Below, in pieces: positions 49,241-56,715 of a stretch of 64,000 nucleotides of DNA. The DNA lies in assembly GCA_017458185.1 (NCBI GenBank), contig JAFTFY010000008.1, positions 12,315 through 76,314 on the forward strand. The letters are read 5' to 3'. A model generated the notes under the pieces. The model worked only from the letters and a program-made list of their open reading frames with translations, was not told where the DNA came from and searched no databases. The position numbers and the translations under genes were made by a program. The stretch comes from Neisseriaceae bacterium (lineage in GTDB: Bacteria; Pseudomonadota; Gammaproteobacteria; Burkholderiales; Neisseriaceae). Each line of letters starts with the position of its first letter. The stretch's first letter is position 1.

Positions 49241-49319
49241 TTGCCTTTCCAGGCAGCCTGAAAATCATTCAATAATACGGTAGAATACCGCCTATTTTCT
49301 CAATCTTTGGAGAGTGAAA

Positions 49320-50387
49320 ATGTATTATCCGCAAAAAAAACAATCCATTTGGACAATTTTGGGTATATTGGCGTTAATGATTGCCGCCGTGTGGCTGTTT
49401 GTTGCTCTAAAATCCGTTTTAACGCCGTTTGTAACAGCAGCGGTTTTGGCTTATATTCTTAATCCGCTGACCGAAAAATTATCGCGAAAAATGAGTCGTG
49501 GCAAGGCGGCGATGCTGGTGATGTTATTGACGATTGCCATTATCATTGTGTTAATGATGATAATTGTGCCGATGTTAATCAACCAAACGCAAAATATGAT
49601 TGCCAAAATTCCACAATTATTTCAATGGGTTAATAATAAAGCCGTGCCGTTTCTCAACCAAGTTTTTCACACCAATTACGCGTTAGACGCAGGTTCTTTC
49701 AATCAACTGTGGGCAGAGCATAATCAAACCGTTCAGGCAGCCTTAACAAAACTCGCCCCGTCTTTGCTCAAACAAAGCGGCGGTATTATTACATTTGCGG
49801 TCAATTTAATGCTGTTGCCGTTTTTGCTGTATTACTTTCTTTTGGATTGGCAACGCTGGATTGACAATGTTTATGCACTGATTCCTGTGAAATTTAAGCC
49901 CACAGTGCAACGCATTGCAGGCGATTTAGACCAAGTTTTGGGCGAATTTTTACGCGGACAGTTGTCGGTGATGATTATTATGGGCGTGGTGTATGGCGTA
50001 GGTTTAATGCTCACGGGTTTAGATAACGGCTTTGCGATTGGTATGATTGCGGGGCTTTTGGTGTTTGTGCCTTATTTAGGTGCATTTACAGGCTTATTAT
50101 TAGCCACACTTGCTGCTGTTTTACAGTTCAATTCAATCGGCGGACTCATTGCCGTGTGGAGCGTGTTTTTGGTTGGACAATTTTTAGAAAGTTTTATTAT
50201 CACCCCCAAAATTGTCGGCGAAAAAATTGGCTTATCGCCATTGGCGGTGATTTTTGCACTTACCGCATTTGGCGAATTATTGGGCTTTGTCGGCATGCTA
50301 TTGGCTCTACCATTAGCCGCTATGTGCGTGGTGTTGTTTCGCGAAGTGGTTGCCAAATATCACGATAGCGATTGGTATTTGAATTGA
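49320..50387 (+). CDS. AI-2E family transporter (PerM/YhhT-like)
   Basis: There are about 8 TM segments in the AI-2E layout, and GGAGAG lies 5 nt upstream of the ATG at 49320. Confidence 0.85.
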   Translation: MYYPQKKQSIWTILGILALMIAAVWLFVALKSVLTPFVTAAVLAYILNPLTEKLSRKMSRGKAAMLVMLLTIAIIIVLMMIIVPMLINQTQNMIAKIPQLFQWVNNKAVPFLNQVFHTNYALDAGSFNQLWAEHNQTVQAALTKLAPSLLKQSGGIITFAVNLMLLPFLLYYFLLDWQRWIDNVYALIPVKFKPTVQRIAGDLDQVLGEFLRGQLSVMIIMGVVYGVGLMLTGLDNGFAIGMIAGLLVFVPYLGAFTGLLLATLAAVLQFNSIGGLIAVWSVFLVGQFLESFIITPKIVGEKIGLSPLAVIFALTAFGELLGFVGMLLALPLAAMCVVLFREVVAKYHDSDWYLN

Positions 50388-50450
50388 GTTTAATGGTTAT
50401 CGCAATGACAGGTTTTATTTTTCAGGCAGCCTGAAAGGATAGATTGATTC

Positions 50451-50572
50451 AACGCCACACGGATTCGATTTTAGTTACGCAAAATCTTTAAAATATAATT
50501 TATGGGAATGGCGTGAGCCATTCCGAATCCGTGTAGCAATAATAAAATATCATAATTACAATAACTTAAATA
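50451..50572. mobile_element. MITE-like element of the ATTGCCACACGGAT family (inverted copy)
   Basis: The termini are caacgccacacggattcgatttt... and ...ccgaatccgtgtagcaataataaaa. Confidence 0.65.
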
Positions 50573-50689
50573 TATTTCAGGCAACCTGAAACTATTTTAA
50601 CTTCGCCTTACGGCTCGTTTAAATTGTGGTTTGATGACTGCGTCATCTCTTTTATTTGCTTTGCAAATAAAAGATTTCACTTCGTGAAA

Positions 50690-50796
50690 TATAGTCGGTT
50701 CACAGCAAAAGCAGGCAAGGCGGTGAGCCTGCGACAGTATAAATAATATGGCAAGGCTATCGTTACGCTGTATGGTTTTGCTGTGAAACGACTATA
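50690..50796. mobile_element. Correia-like repeat-enclosed element (107 bp)
   Basis: It has the same termini and core as 45932-46038. Its right end creates CGACTATAAT about 90 nt upstream of grxC. Confidence 0.85.
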
Positions 50797-50885
50797 ATGC
50801 TTATTTTCAGGCTGCCTGAAAACAAACCGCTAACCCATTGTTTTCTAAAATCGTGTAAAATTTCGTCTTTTTGTGAGAACAAAAA

Positions 50886-51146
50886 ATGCCACACATTAAG
50901 ATTTACACCACAAATTTTTGCCCTTACTGCACAATGGCGAAAAATCTGTTTAAGCAAAAGGGGATTTGCGAGTGGGAAGAAATTCGCATTGACCTTGACT
51001 TTGAACGCCGTATTGAGATGATGACGAAAACAGGTCGCAAGAGCGTGCCGCAGATTTTTATCGGTGATACACACATCGGCGGTTTTGATGATTTGAATGC
51101 CTTAAATCGGCAAGGTGCTTTGGATAGACTTTTGGCAGAATGTTAA
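50886..51146 (+). CDS. grxC: glutaredoxin 3
   Basis: IKIYTTNFCPYCTMAK contains the CPYC active site, and TVPQIFI-like SVPQIFIGDTHIGG is present. Confidence 0.92.
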   Translation: MPHIKIYTTNFCPYCTMAKNLFKQKGICEWEEIRIDLDFERRIEMMTKTGRKSVPQIFIGDTHIGGFDDLNALNRQGALDRLLAEC

Positions 51147-51205
51147 TTTTCAGGCTACCTGAAACTTTTTATTGACAATAACTCTTTTTTTTAAGGAATA
51201 AAATT

Positions 51206-51697
51206 ATGGCTGAAAACCCAGCAACAGCAACAGACGAAGCAGGGCAACCTGCATTTAATATTGAAAAACTGTACATCAAAAATGCGTCTTTGGAAGTGCC
51301 GCACGCTCCCGAAGTGTTTCGCACACGCACCCAGCCCGAGTTGGACATTAAAATTGCCATTGCGTCTCGGGCTTTGGAAGACGGTTTTTATGAAGTGTCC
51401 TTGCACGCCACGCTCACTGCCACTTTGGAAGAAACCAAAGAGAAAAACACCATGTTCTTGGTGGAAGTGGTGAGTGCGGGCATTTTCTTGGCACAAAACT
51501 TCCCCACCGAAGCCTTGGAAGTGTTGTTGAATGTTACTTGCCCGAACATTCTCTTCCCATACGCACGCGAAGAAATCAGCAATTTGGTAACGCGTGCAGG
51601 CTTTATGCCCGTGTATTTGGCACCGCTAAATTTTGACGAAATGTATCGCCAACAACGCGAAGCGATGGCACAGCAAGAAGCAAATAAACAGGCTTAA
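51206..51697 (+). CDS. secB: protein-export chaperone SecB
   Basis: FNIEKLYIKNASLEVPHAP.. and CPNILFPYAREEISNLV are SecB signatures. The grxC-secB linkage matches many proteobacteria. Confidence 0.93.
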   Translation: MAENPATATDEAGQPAFNIEKLYIKNASLEVPHAPEVFRTRTQPELDIKIAIASRALEDGFYEVSLHATLTATLEETKEKNTMFLVEVVSAGIFLAQNFPTEALEVLLNVTCPNILFPYAREEISNLVTRAGFMPVYLAPLNFDEMYRQQREAMAQQEANKQA

Positions 51698-51797
51698 TGC
51701 TTTGTTTATATTATATTTTCAGGCTGCCTGAAAGATTTGTTTTATTTTTTCAGGCAGCCTGAAAGATTGTTTTTAATAATTTAATTAAATTAAAAAA

Positions 51798-53027
51798 ATG
51801 CGTAAATTGCTTGTTACAGAATTAGAAAATTTAATTGACATACCTGATTATCTTGATACGGTTGAGCAAAAATATAATTATCTGCTTGAACTTGAAGAAT
51901 TAGATTTGTCATGCAACGAAAATCTTATTACTTTACCCGATAGTATTTGTCAATTAAAACAAGCAAAAAAATTAAATTTAGAAAATTGCGAAAATCTTAC
52001 TACGCTATCTGAAAATATTGGTCAATTACAACAGTTAAGAGAATTAAATTTATCTGCTTGTGAAAATTTAATTTCTTTACCTGAAAGTATTGGTCAGTTA
52101 AAACAATTAGAATATTTGGATTTATCAGATTGTTATAGTCTTAATAAATTACCTGAAAATATCGGTCAATTAGAACAATTAAAAGAGTTATATTTAGAAT
52201 ATTGTAGTGAATTAACAGTACTTCCTGAAAGCATTGGAGAATGTAAAGAAATAGAAAAATTAAATTTGCTTTATTGTGATAATTTAACTCAACTTCCTGA
52301 AAGTATTGGAAAATTAAAACAGTTAAAAGAATTAACTTTAATTGAATGTAAAAGTTTAACAATGTTACCTGAAAAAATTGGAGAATTAAAACAATTAAAA
52401 ACATTAAAATTGGAAGGTTGTAGTAATATTATTCAATTACCAAAGAGTATAGGTCAATTAGAAGAGTTGCAATCATTAAATTTAGATTGTGAAAAGTTAA
52501 TTCAGTTGCCTGATAGTATTGTACAATTAAAAAAATTACAATCTTTATATTTACATTTGGATAATGATAATAACATTAAATTATTTGATGAGATTGTTCA
52601 AAAATTACCCGAATTATCTGTTTTACAGTTACATATTGACTGTGAGTTTTTACCAGAAAATATTATCAATTTGAAAAAATTAAAAGAATTGGATTTATCA
52701 TTTTCTCATATTACTACACTTCCTGAAAATATTGAGCAATTAAAAATACTTCAAATATTAAATTTATCGTTTTGTGAAGAACTTATTTCTTTACCTGAAA
52801 GTATTGGACAGTTGCAAAATTTGCAAATATTAAATTTATACCATTGTAACAATCTCATCACATTACCAAAAAGTATTGGTGAATTAAAAAATTTACAAGA
52901 ATTGGATTTAAGGGAGTGTACCCAGTTAAAATATCAAAATAATCTTCGTCATTTTCCCAAAGGTGTTATTAAACAAAACAGTGTAACAAACGGAATAGTG
53001 AAAAAACTTTTGAAATTTTTTGAATAA
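51798..53027 (+). CDS. leucine-rich repeat protein (about 14-15 units of a 24-aa Cys-containing LRR)
   Basis: The repeated unit is L.[22 protein letters not shown] (72-nt period). The gene is very AT-rich, has no obvious signal peptide and has no other domain. Confidence 0.8.
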   Translation: MRKLLVTELENLIDIPDYLDTVEQKYNYLLELEELDLSCNENLITLPDSICQLKQAKKLNLENCENLTTLSENIGQLQQLRELNLSACENLISLPESIGQLKQLEYLDLSDCYSLNKLPENIGQLEQLKELYLEYCSELTVLPESIGECKEIEKLNLLYCDNLTQLPESIGKLKQLKELTLIECKSLTMLPEKIGELKQLKTLKLEGCSNIIQLPKSIGQLEELQSLNLDCEKLIQLPDSIVQLKKLQSLYLHLDNDNNIKLFDEIVQKLPELSVLQLHIDCEFLPENIINLKKLKELDLSFSHITTLPENIEQLKILQILNLSFCEELISLPESIGQLQNLQILNLYHCNNLITLPKSIGELKNLQELDLRECTQLKYQNNLRHFPKGVIKQNSVTNGIVKKLLKFFE

Positions 53028-53064
53028 CCTTTCAGGCAGCCTGAAAATAAAGGAATACGAAACT

Positions 53065-53871
53065 ATGGACTGGATACAAGCGTTAATTTTAGGGATTATT
53101 CAAGGCTTAACCGAGTATTTGCCTGTGAGTAGCAGTGGGCATTTGGCGATTGGGGCGGCTTTGTTTGGCATTGACGATAGCGAAAATTTGGCTTTTACCG
53201 TTGCCGTGCATGTGGCAACTGTGCTTTCTACTTTGGTGATTTTATGGCGTGAAATTTCTTGGATTTTCAAAGGCTTATTTAAGTTTGAAAACAACGCCGA
53301 AACGCAATATGTCATCAATATTCTGATTTCGATGATTCCGATTGGCATTGTTGGCTTGTTTTTTAAAGATTATGTCGAACAAATTTTCGGCAGCGGTTTG
53401 CTGATTGTGGGCTGTTGCTTGCTGATGACGGCGGCGTTGCTGATATTCAGTTTTTACGCCAAACCCCGCATTAAAGACACCATTTCCAAAAAAGACGCAT
53501 TCATTATCGGCATGGCACAAGCGTTGGCGGTTTTGCCAGGTTTGTCGCGTTCAGGCAGCACCATTGCCACGGGCTTATTATTGGGCAATAAAAAAGAACG
53601 CTTGGCTCAATTTTCGTTTTTAATGGTGATTCCGCCGATTTTGGGCGAAGCCTTGTTGGACATTATCAAGGCGATGAAAGGGCAGGAAGTGTTTGGCGGT
53701 ATCGAACCTTTGCCCTTAATCGTGGGCTTTCTTGCCGCTTTTATCAGCGGTTGCTTGGCGTGTAAATTGATGATTAGCATCGTCAAACGCGGTAAATTGG
53801 TGTATTTCGGCATTTATTGTGCGATTGTAGGAGCACTGCTACTGATGACACAGTTGTTTCAGGCTGCCTGA
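53065..53871 (+). CDS. uppP: undecaprenyl-diphosphate phosphatase
   Basis: [18 protein letters not shown] and [10 protein letters not shown] are UppP/BacA motifs. The start is the ATG at 53065. The TGA stop lies inside the DUS at 53858. Confidence 0.93.
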   Translation: MDWIQALILGIIQGLTEYLPVSSSGHLAIGAALFGIDDSENLAFTVAVHVATVLSTLVILWREISWIFKGLFKFENNAETQYVINILISMIPIGIVGLFFKDYVEQIFGSGLLIVGCCLLMTAALLIFSFYAKPRIKDTISKKDAFIIGMAQALAVLPGLSRSGSTIATGLLLGNKKERLAQFSFLMVIPPILGEALLDIIKAMKGQEVFGGIEPLPLIVGFLAAFISGCLACKLMISIVKRGKLVYFGIYCAIVGALLLMTQLFQAA

Positions 53872-53917
53872 ATATATTAAAAAACCTTTAATCTTGCGTG
53901 ATTAAAGGTTTTTTATT

Positions 53918-54211
53918 TTAAGCCATTGCAGGCAAGGGTTGCGATAGTGGAATAACCACATTGCGTGGGCGTTGTTTGGCTTGCCATAAGTCGTATTTCA
54001 TTTGTATGCGTAACCAAAATTCTGCGTCTGTGTTGGGCAGTAATTCGGCAAATTTAATTGCCATATCTGCGGTTACGCCTTGCTTGCCATTGATAATGCG
54101 TGAAAGCGTGGCACGCGTTATGCCTAATCTTTGTGCGGTTTCGGTAATATTTGCTCCGTTTAGGCATTCTTTAAATACTGCTCCTGCGTGCGGCGGGTTG
54201 TGCATTTCCAT
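53918..54211 (-). CDS. higA: HigA-family antitoxin (XRE HTH)
   Basis: HPGAVFKECL-like HAGAVFKECL and the HTH ITETAQRLGITRATLSRIINGK are present. The start is the ATG at 54211 with an AGGAG RBS, 10 nt after the higB stop. Confidence 0.85.
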   Translation of the reverse strand: MEMHNPPHAGAVFKECLNGANITETAQRLGITRATLSRIINGKQGVTADMAIKFAELLPNTDAEFWLRIQMKYDLWQAKQRPRNVVIPLSQPLPAMA

Positions 54212-54221
54212 TTTTTTACTC

Positions 54222-54500
54222 CTAATGATAATCTTGATAATCAACAATTTCTGCGTCTTCACCTTTGAATGTAAAGGTTATTCGCCAGTTGCCATTCACG
54301 GATACGGCATAATGCCCTGCCAAGTCCCTTTTCAAAGGGTGAAATTGCCAACCTGGCATATCCATTTGCTTGGGATTTTGAGCACTGTCTAATGCAATGA
54401 GTAATATTTTCAAACGGTTGGCATGTTTGGCAATAATGCCTGATTTATCGCCAGTTTTGAAAAACCGCTCTAATCCTTTGTGCTTGAAACTTTTAATCAT
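54222..54500 (-). CDS. higB: HigB-family toxin (RelE/ParE superfamily, plasmid maintenance system killer)
   Basis: MIKSFKHKGLERFF..G.. and WRITFTF.GEDAEIVDYQDYH form the typical HigB pattern. Confidence 0.85.
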   Translation of the reverse strand: MIKSFKHKGLERFFKTGDKSGIIAKHANRLKILLIALDSAQNPKQMDMPGWQFHPLKRDLAGHYAVSVNGNWRITFTFKGEDAEIVDYQDYH

Positions 54501-54606
54501 TGCTGTTGTCTGTTGATTGAGTGTATAGTTGTATTATACGGTTATACAGTTTAATCTGTCAAAATAAATATTCAGGCAGCCTGAAAGGATATTTTAATAT
54601 GAGAAT

Positions 54607-55362
54607 TTAACAAATCCAGTGAATATTTGTTATTTTTTGAAAACAATTCTCACAAATAAATTTTTCAAGTCGTGGGTGAGATGAGCAAATACATTTATCT
54701 TTATCTATTTTTACTTTTTCTTGTGCTTTTTTGCCCCATAAACACCATATTGCACAATGATTTTCTTGATTGATATAAGCAAAAACCATATTCATAAATT
54801 CTTCCCAATCGTTTATATGAGAACCTGCTTGTCCCTGCTTCACTGTTAAAGCAGCATTTAGCCATAAAACGCCTTGTTTTTCTGTTTTATCAAACCATAA
54901 TTTAGGTTCTGATAATTTAAATTCGCCAGATTTTAATTTTTCACGAATTTCATCTATTAGAACTTTTTTACCAGTTTTATTATAATATATTGTTTTTATA
55001 ATATTTATTAGTGATTTTTGATTTATTTTATCTTGCCATGATTCTAAACTTGCAACTTCAAAACTGCGTCCAGTTGCATTTGGAGTACATTCGTCATTTT
55101 TTTCATAACATGATGGATATGGATCCATTCCAATAATAATACACTTTATTTGTGTTAAATCATTTTGCATAAAACGAAAAATATTTTCTTTTTTAGGAAA
55201 ATAATCTTCACCAATTTTATTAAATATTTTTTTAACTTTTTCTTTATTATTTTCATTATCCCAAAAATTTGACCAAGAATCATGTATCTTTATTTGAAAA
55301 TTCGAACAAATTTTAATATCTACTGTATTTTTGTTTGATTGTTTGCAAGTTTGATTTGACAT
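54607..55362 (-). CDS. divergent uracil-DNA glycosylase superfamily (family-1-like) protein
   Basis: The protein is colinear with UNG motifs: IIGMDPYP (vs GQDPYH), GRSFEV (vs GLCFSV), GVLWLNAALTVKQGQAGSH, IWCLWGKKAQ and SSHPRL (vs HPSPL). The gene is very AT-rich. Confidence 0.65.
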   Translation of the reverse strand: MSNQTCKQSNKNTVDIKICSNFQIKIHDSWSNFWDNENNKEKVKKIFNKIGEDYFPKKENIFRFMQNDLTQIKCIIIGMDPYPSCYEKNDECTPNATGRSFEVASLESWQDKINQKSLINIIKTIYYNKTGKKVLIDEIREKLKSGEFKLSEPKLWFDKTEKQGVLWLNAALTVKQGQAGSHINDWEEFMNMVFAYINQENHCAIWCLWGKKAQEKVKIDKDKCICSSHPRLEKFICENCFQKITNIHWIC

Positions 55363-55626
55363 GTTTTAATCCTTTCAAAGAAAAGTGGAGTGGAACAATT
55401 ATCGTTTTACAAGTGTACCTTGTCAAACTCCCATATACAGTCAGTATAGGAGTTATAGACAAGAAAGAAACTCACACGGTGTGAGTGTTTTAGGCAATCT
55501 ATTAAAAAAAAATAACAATGTAAAAATTCTTTCAGGCAGCCTGAAATATGATTAAACGCAAATTGAAAATGCGAAAAATAGTGTATTATCGCCATTTTCA
55601 ACACAATAGATGATAAGGATTGAACA

Positions 55627-56043
55627 ATGGGCATGTTAGACAATGTCTTGGGACAAGTGTTGGGCAGTAACAAAGATAACGCCACTGCATTGAAATTATT
55701 GCAAAGTTTGGTATCGCAACAAGGCGGTATGGCGGAAGTTTTTAAAAAATTGCAAGCAGGCGGTTTGGGACCTGCGTTAGCGTCTTGGGTTGGTCAAAAC
55801 GACAATCAAGCGGTGAGTGCAGACGCCATGGCAAACGCTTTGGGCGGTGATTTGCTGTCGAAAATTGCTAATCAAGCGGGCGTGAATAACACCGAAGCAT
55901 CAAGTTTGTTGGCACAATATTTACCGAATATGATTAACCAACTCACACCACACGGCGATGCTGCCGAAGCCGCTAAATTCGATTTATCAGACGGCTTGGA
56001 TATGAAAGATTTAACCGCTTTGGCAAGTCAATTTTTCAAATAA
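55627..56043 (+). CDS. YidB-family protein (DUF937)
   Basis: MLDNVLGQVLG.., GGL..LASWVGQ..NQAVSADAM and ALGGDLLSKIA are typical of YidB/DUF937. Confidence 0.75.
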   Translation: MGMLDNVLGQVLGSNKDNATALKLLQSLVSQQGGMAEVFKKLQAGGLGPALASWVGQNDNQAVSADAMANALGGDLLSKIANQAGVNNTEASSLLAQYLPNMINQLTPHGDAAEAAKFDLSDGLDMKDLTALASQFFK

Positions 56044-56071
56044 CTATTGTGCTGTGCATAACGCTATTCAT

Positions 56072-56099
56072 TTGACAATGCGACAAAAAAGCGTACAAT
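56072..56099 (+). promoter_or_regulatory. near-consensus sigma70 promoter (TTGACA-N16-TACAAT) of a non-coding unit
   Basis: TTGACA lies at 56072-56077 and TACAAT at 56094-56099. No ORF follows on the plus strand. Confidence 0.55.
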
Positions 56100-56105
56100 A
56101 AAGAC

Positions 56106-56318
56106 ATTCCCTGCGGTGTTCGATTTCAGCATATACTCCTTTGAACCAATACATTCGCTTTTGGGGGTGAAAGTTTGATGGGCGTGCGCGTTCCGTGTGA
56201 ATGTACCCGAAATCAGACGGCACTTACCGACCTTACCACAAGGTTCAAGCGATTTTCGCTGTAACGGCACTCGCGGGGTATTTAATATTTAAAGACGGCT
56301 GTGCCGTCTTTTTGTTTT
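56106..56318 (+). ncRNA. candidate structured sRNA of about 210 nt (possibly 6S-like; identity unverified)
   Basis: The promoter sits just upstream. Long-range pairings CCCUGCGG/CUCGCGGG, UCAGC/GCUGA, UUGAACC/GGUUCAA and UACAUUC/GAAUGUA give a rod with a large internal loop. The terminator gacggc-tgt-gccgtc plus a T-run lies at 56293-56318. No credible ORF is present. Confidence 0.5.
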
Positions 56319-56323
56319 GAAAT

Positions 56324-56431
56324 TATAGTCGATTCACAGCAAAATCATGCAGCGTAACGATAGCCTTGCCGTATTATTTATACTGTCGCAGGCAAAGTTG
56401 CCTTGCCTGTTTTTGCTGTGAACCGACTATA
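56324..56431. mobile_element. Correia-like repeat-enclosed element (108 bp), inverted orientation
   Basis: The termini are TATAGTCGATTCACAGCAAAA ... TTTTGCTGTGAACCGACTATA. Confidence 0.85.
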
Positions 56432-56441
56432 TTTTGACTAC

Positions 56442-56714
56442 TTACAGTACTTTTAACGCCACAAACAAGCACGCGCAGCCTAATAAAAAGCAGACCATTC
56501 GAGAAACACGGTTGCTTTGTGTGGGGTTTTCCCAAATGGGGATAATAGACGAAACCATGCGTTCAATCGTTGCGTGAAAAATTTTTAAAAATGCCAATCC
56601 TTCATAAAAAAACCAAGTGTTGTCGCCGAGTGTGTCTTTTTCAAATATGGCGATTAAAAATAGGCTAATTGCTGCTAAAATCAACAAAAATTTAATATAA
56701 AAAATCCATTCCAT
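56442..56714 (-). CDS. hypothetical small membrane protein
   Basis: The ATG at 56714 lies 1 nt after the stop of the upstream M48-like gene. 90 aa with 2-3 hydrophobic helices. Confidence 0.5.
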   Translation of the reverse strand: MEWIFYIKFLLILAAISLFLIAIFEKDTLGDNTWFFYEGLAFLKIFHATIERMVSSIIPIWENPTQSNRVSRMVCFLLGCACLFVALKVL

Positions 56715-56715
56715 T

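Noticed and set aside
48540-49268. A 242-aa ORF is antisense to galU. Similar long antisense ORFs occur at 351-797, 15197-15867, 17198-17800, 32274-32738, 40049-40509 and 61503-62171.
   Set aside because: Each is fully embedded opposite a well-supported conserved gene and has a low-complexity or biased composition with no recognisable motif. These are typical shadow ORFs.
51798-53027. CCTGAAA (half of the DUS) recurs about a dozen times in the LRR gene.
   Set aside because: It arises from the codons of the conserved L-P-E-S/N motif (TTA CCT GAA AGT) in each repeat. The upstream half of the DUS is absent, so these are codon-driven partial matches and not uptake sequences.
56064-56270. A 68-aa minus-strand ORF lies in the yidB-downstream region.
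   Set aside because: It has no RBS and an odd composition. It is exactly overlapped by a promoter-terminator unit on the plus strand with extensive secondary structure, so a non-coding RNA is the better interpretation.
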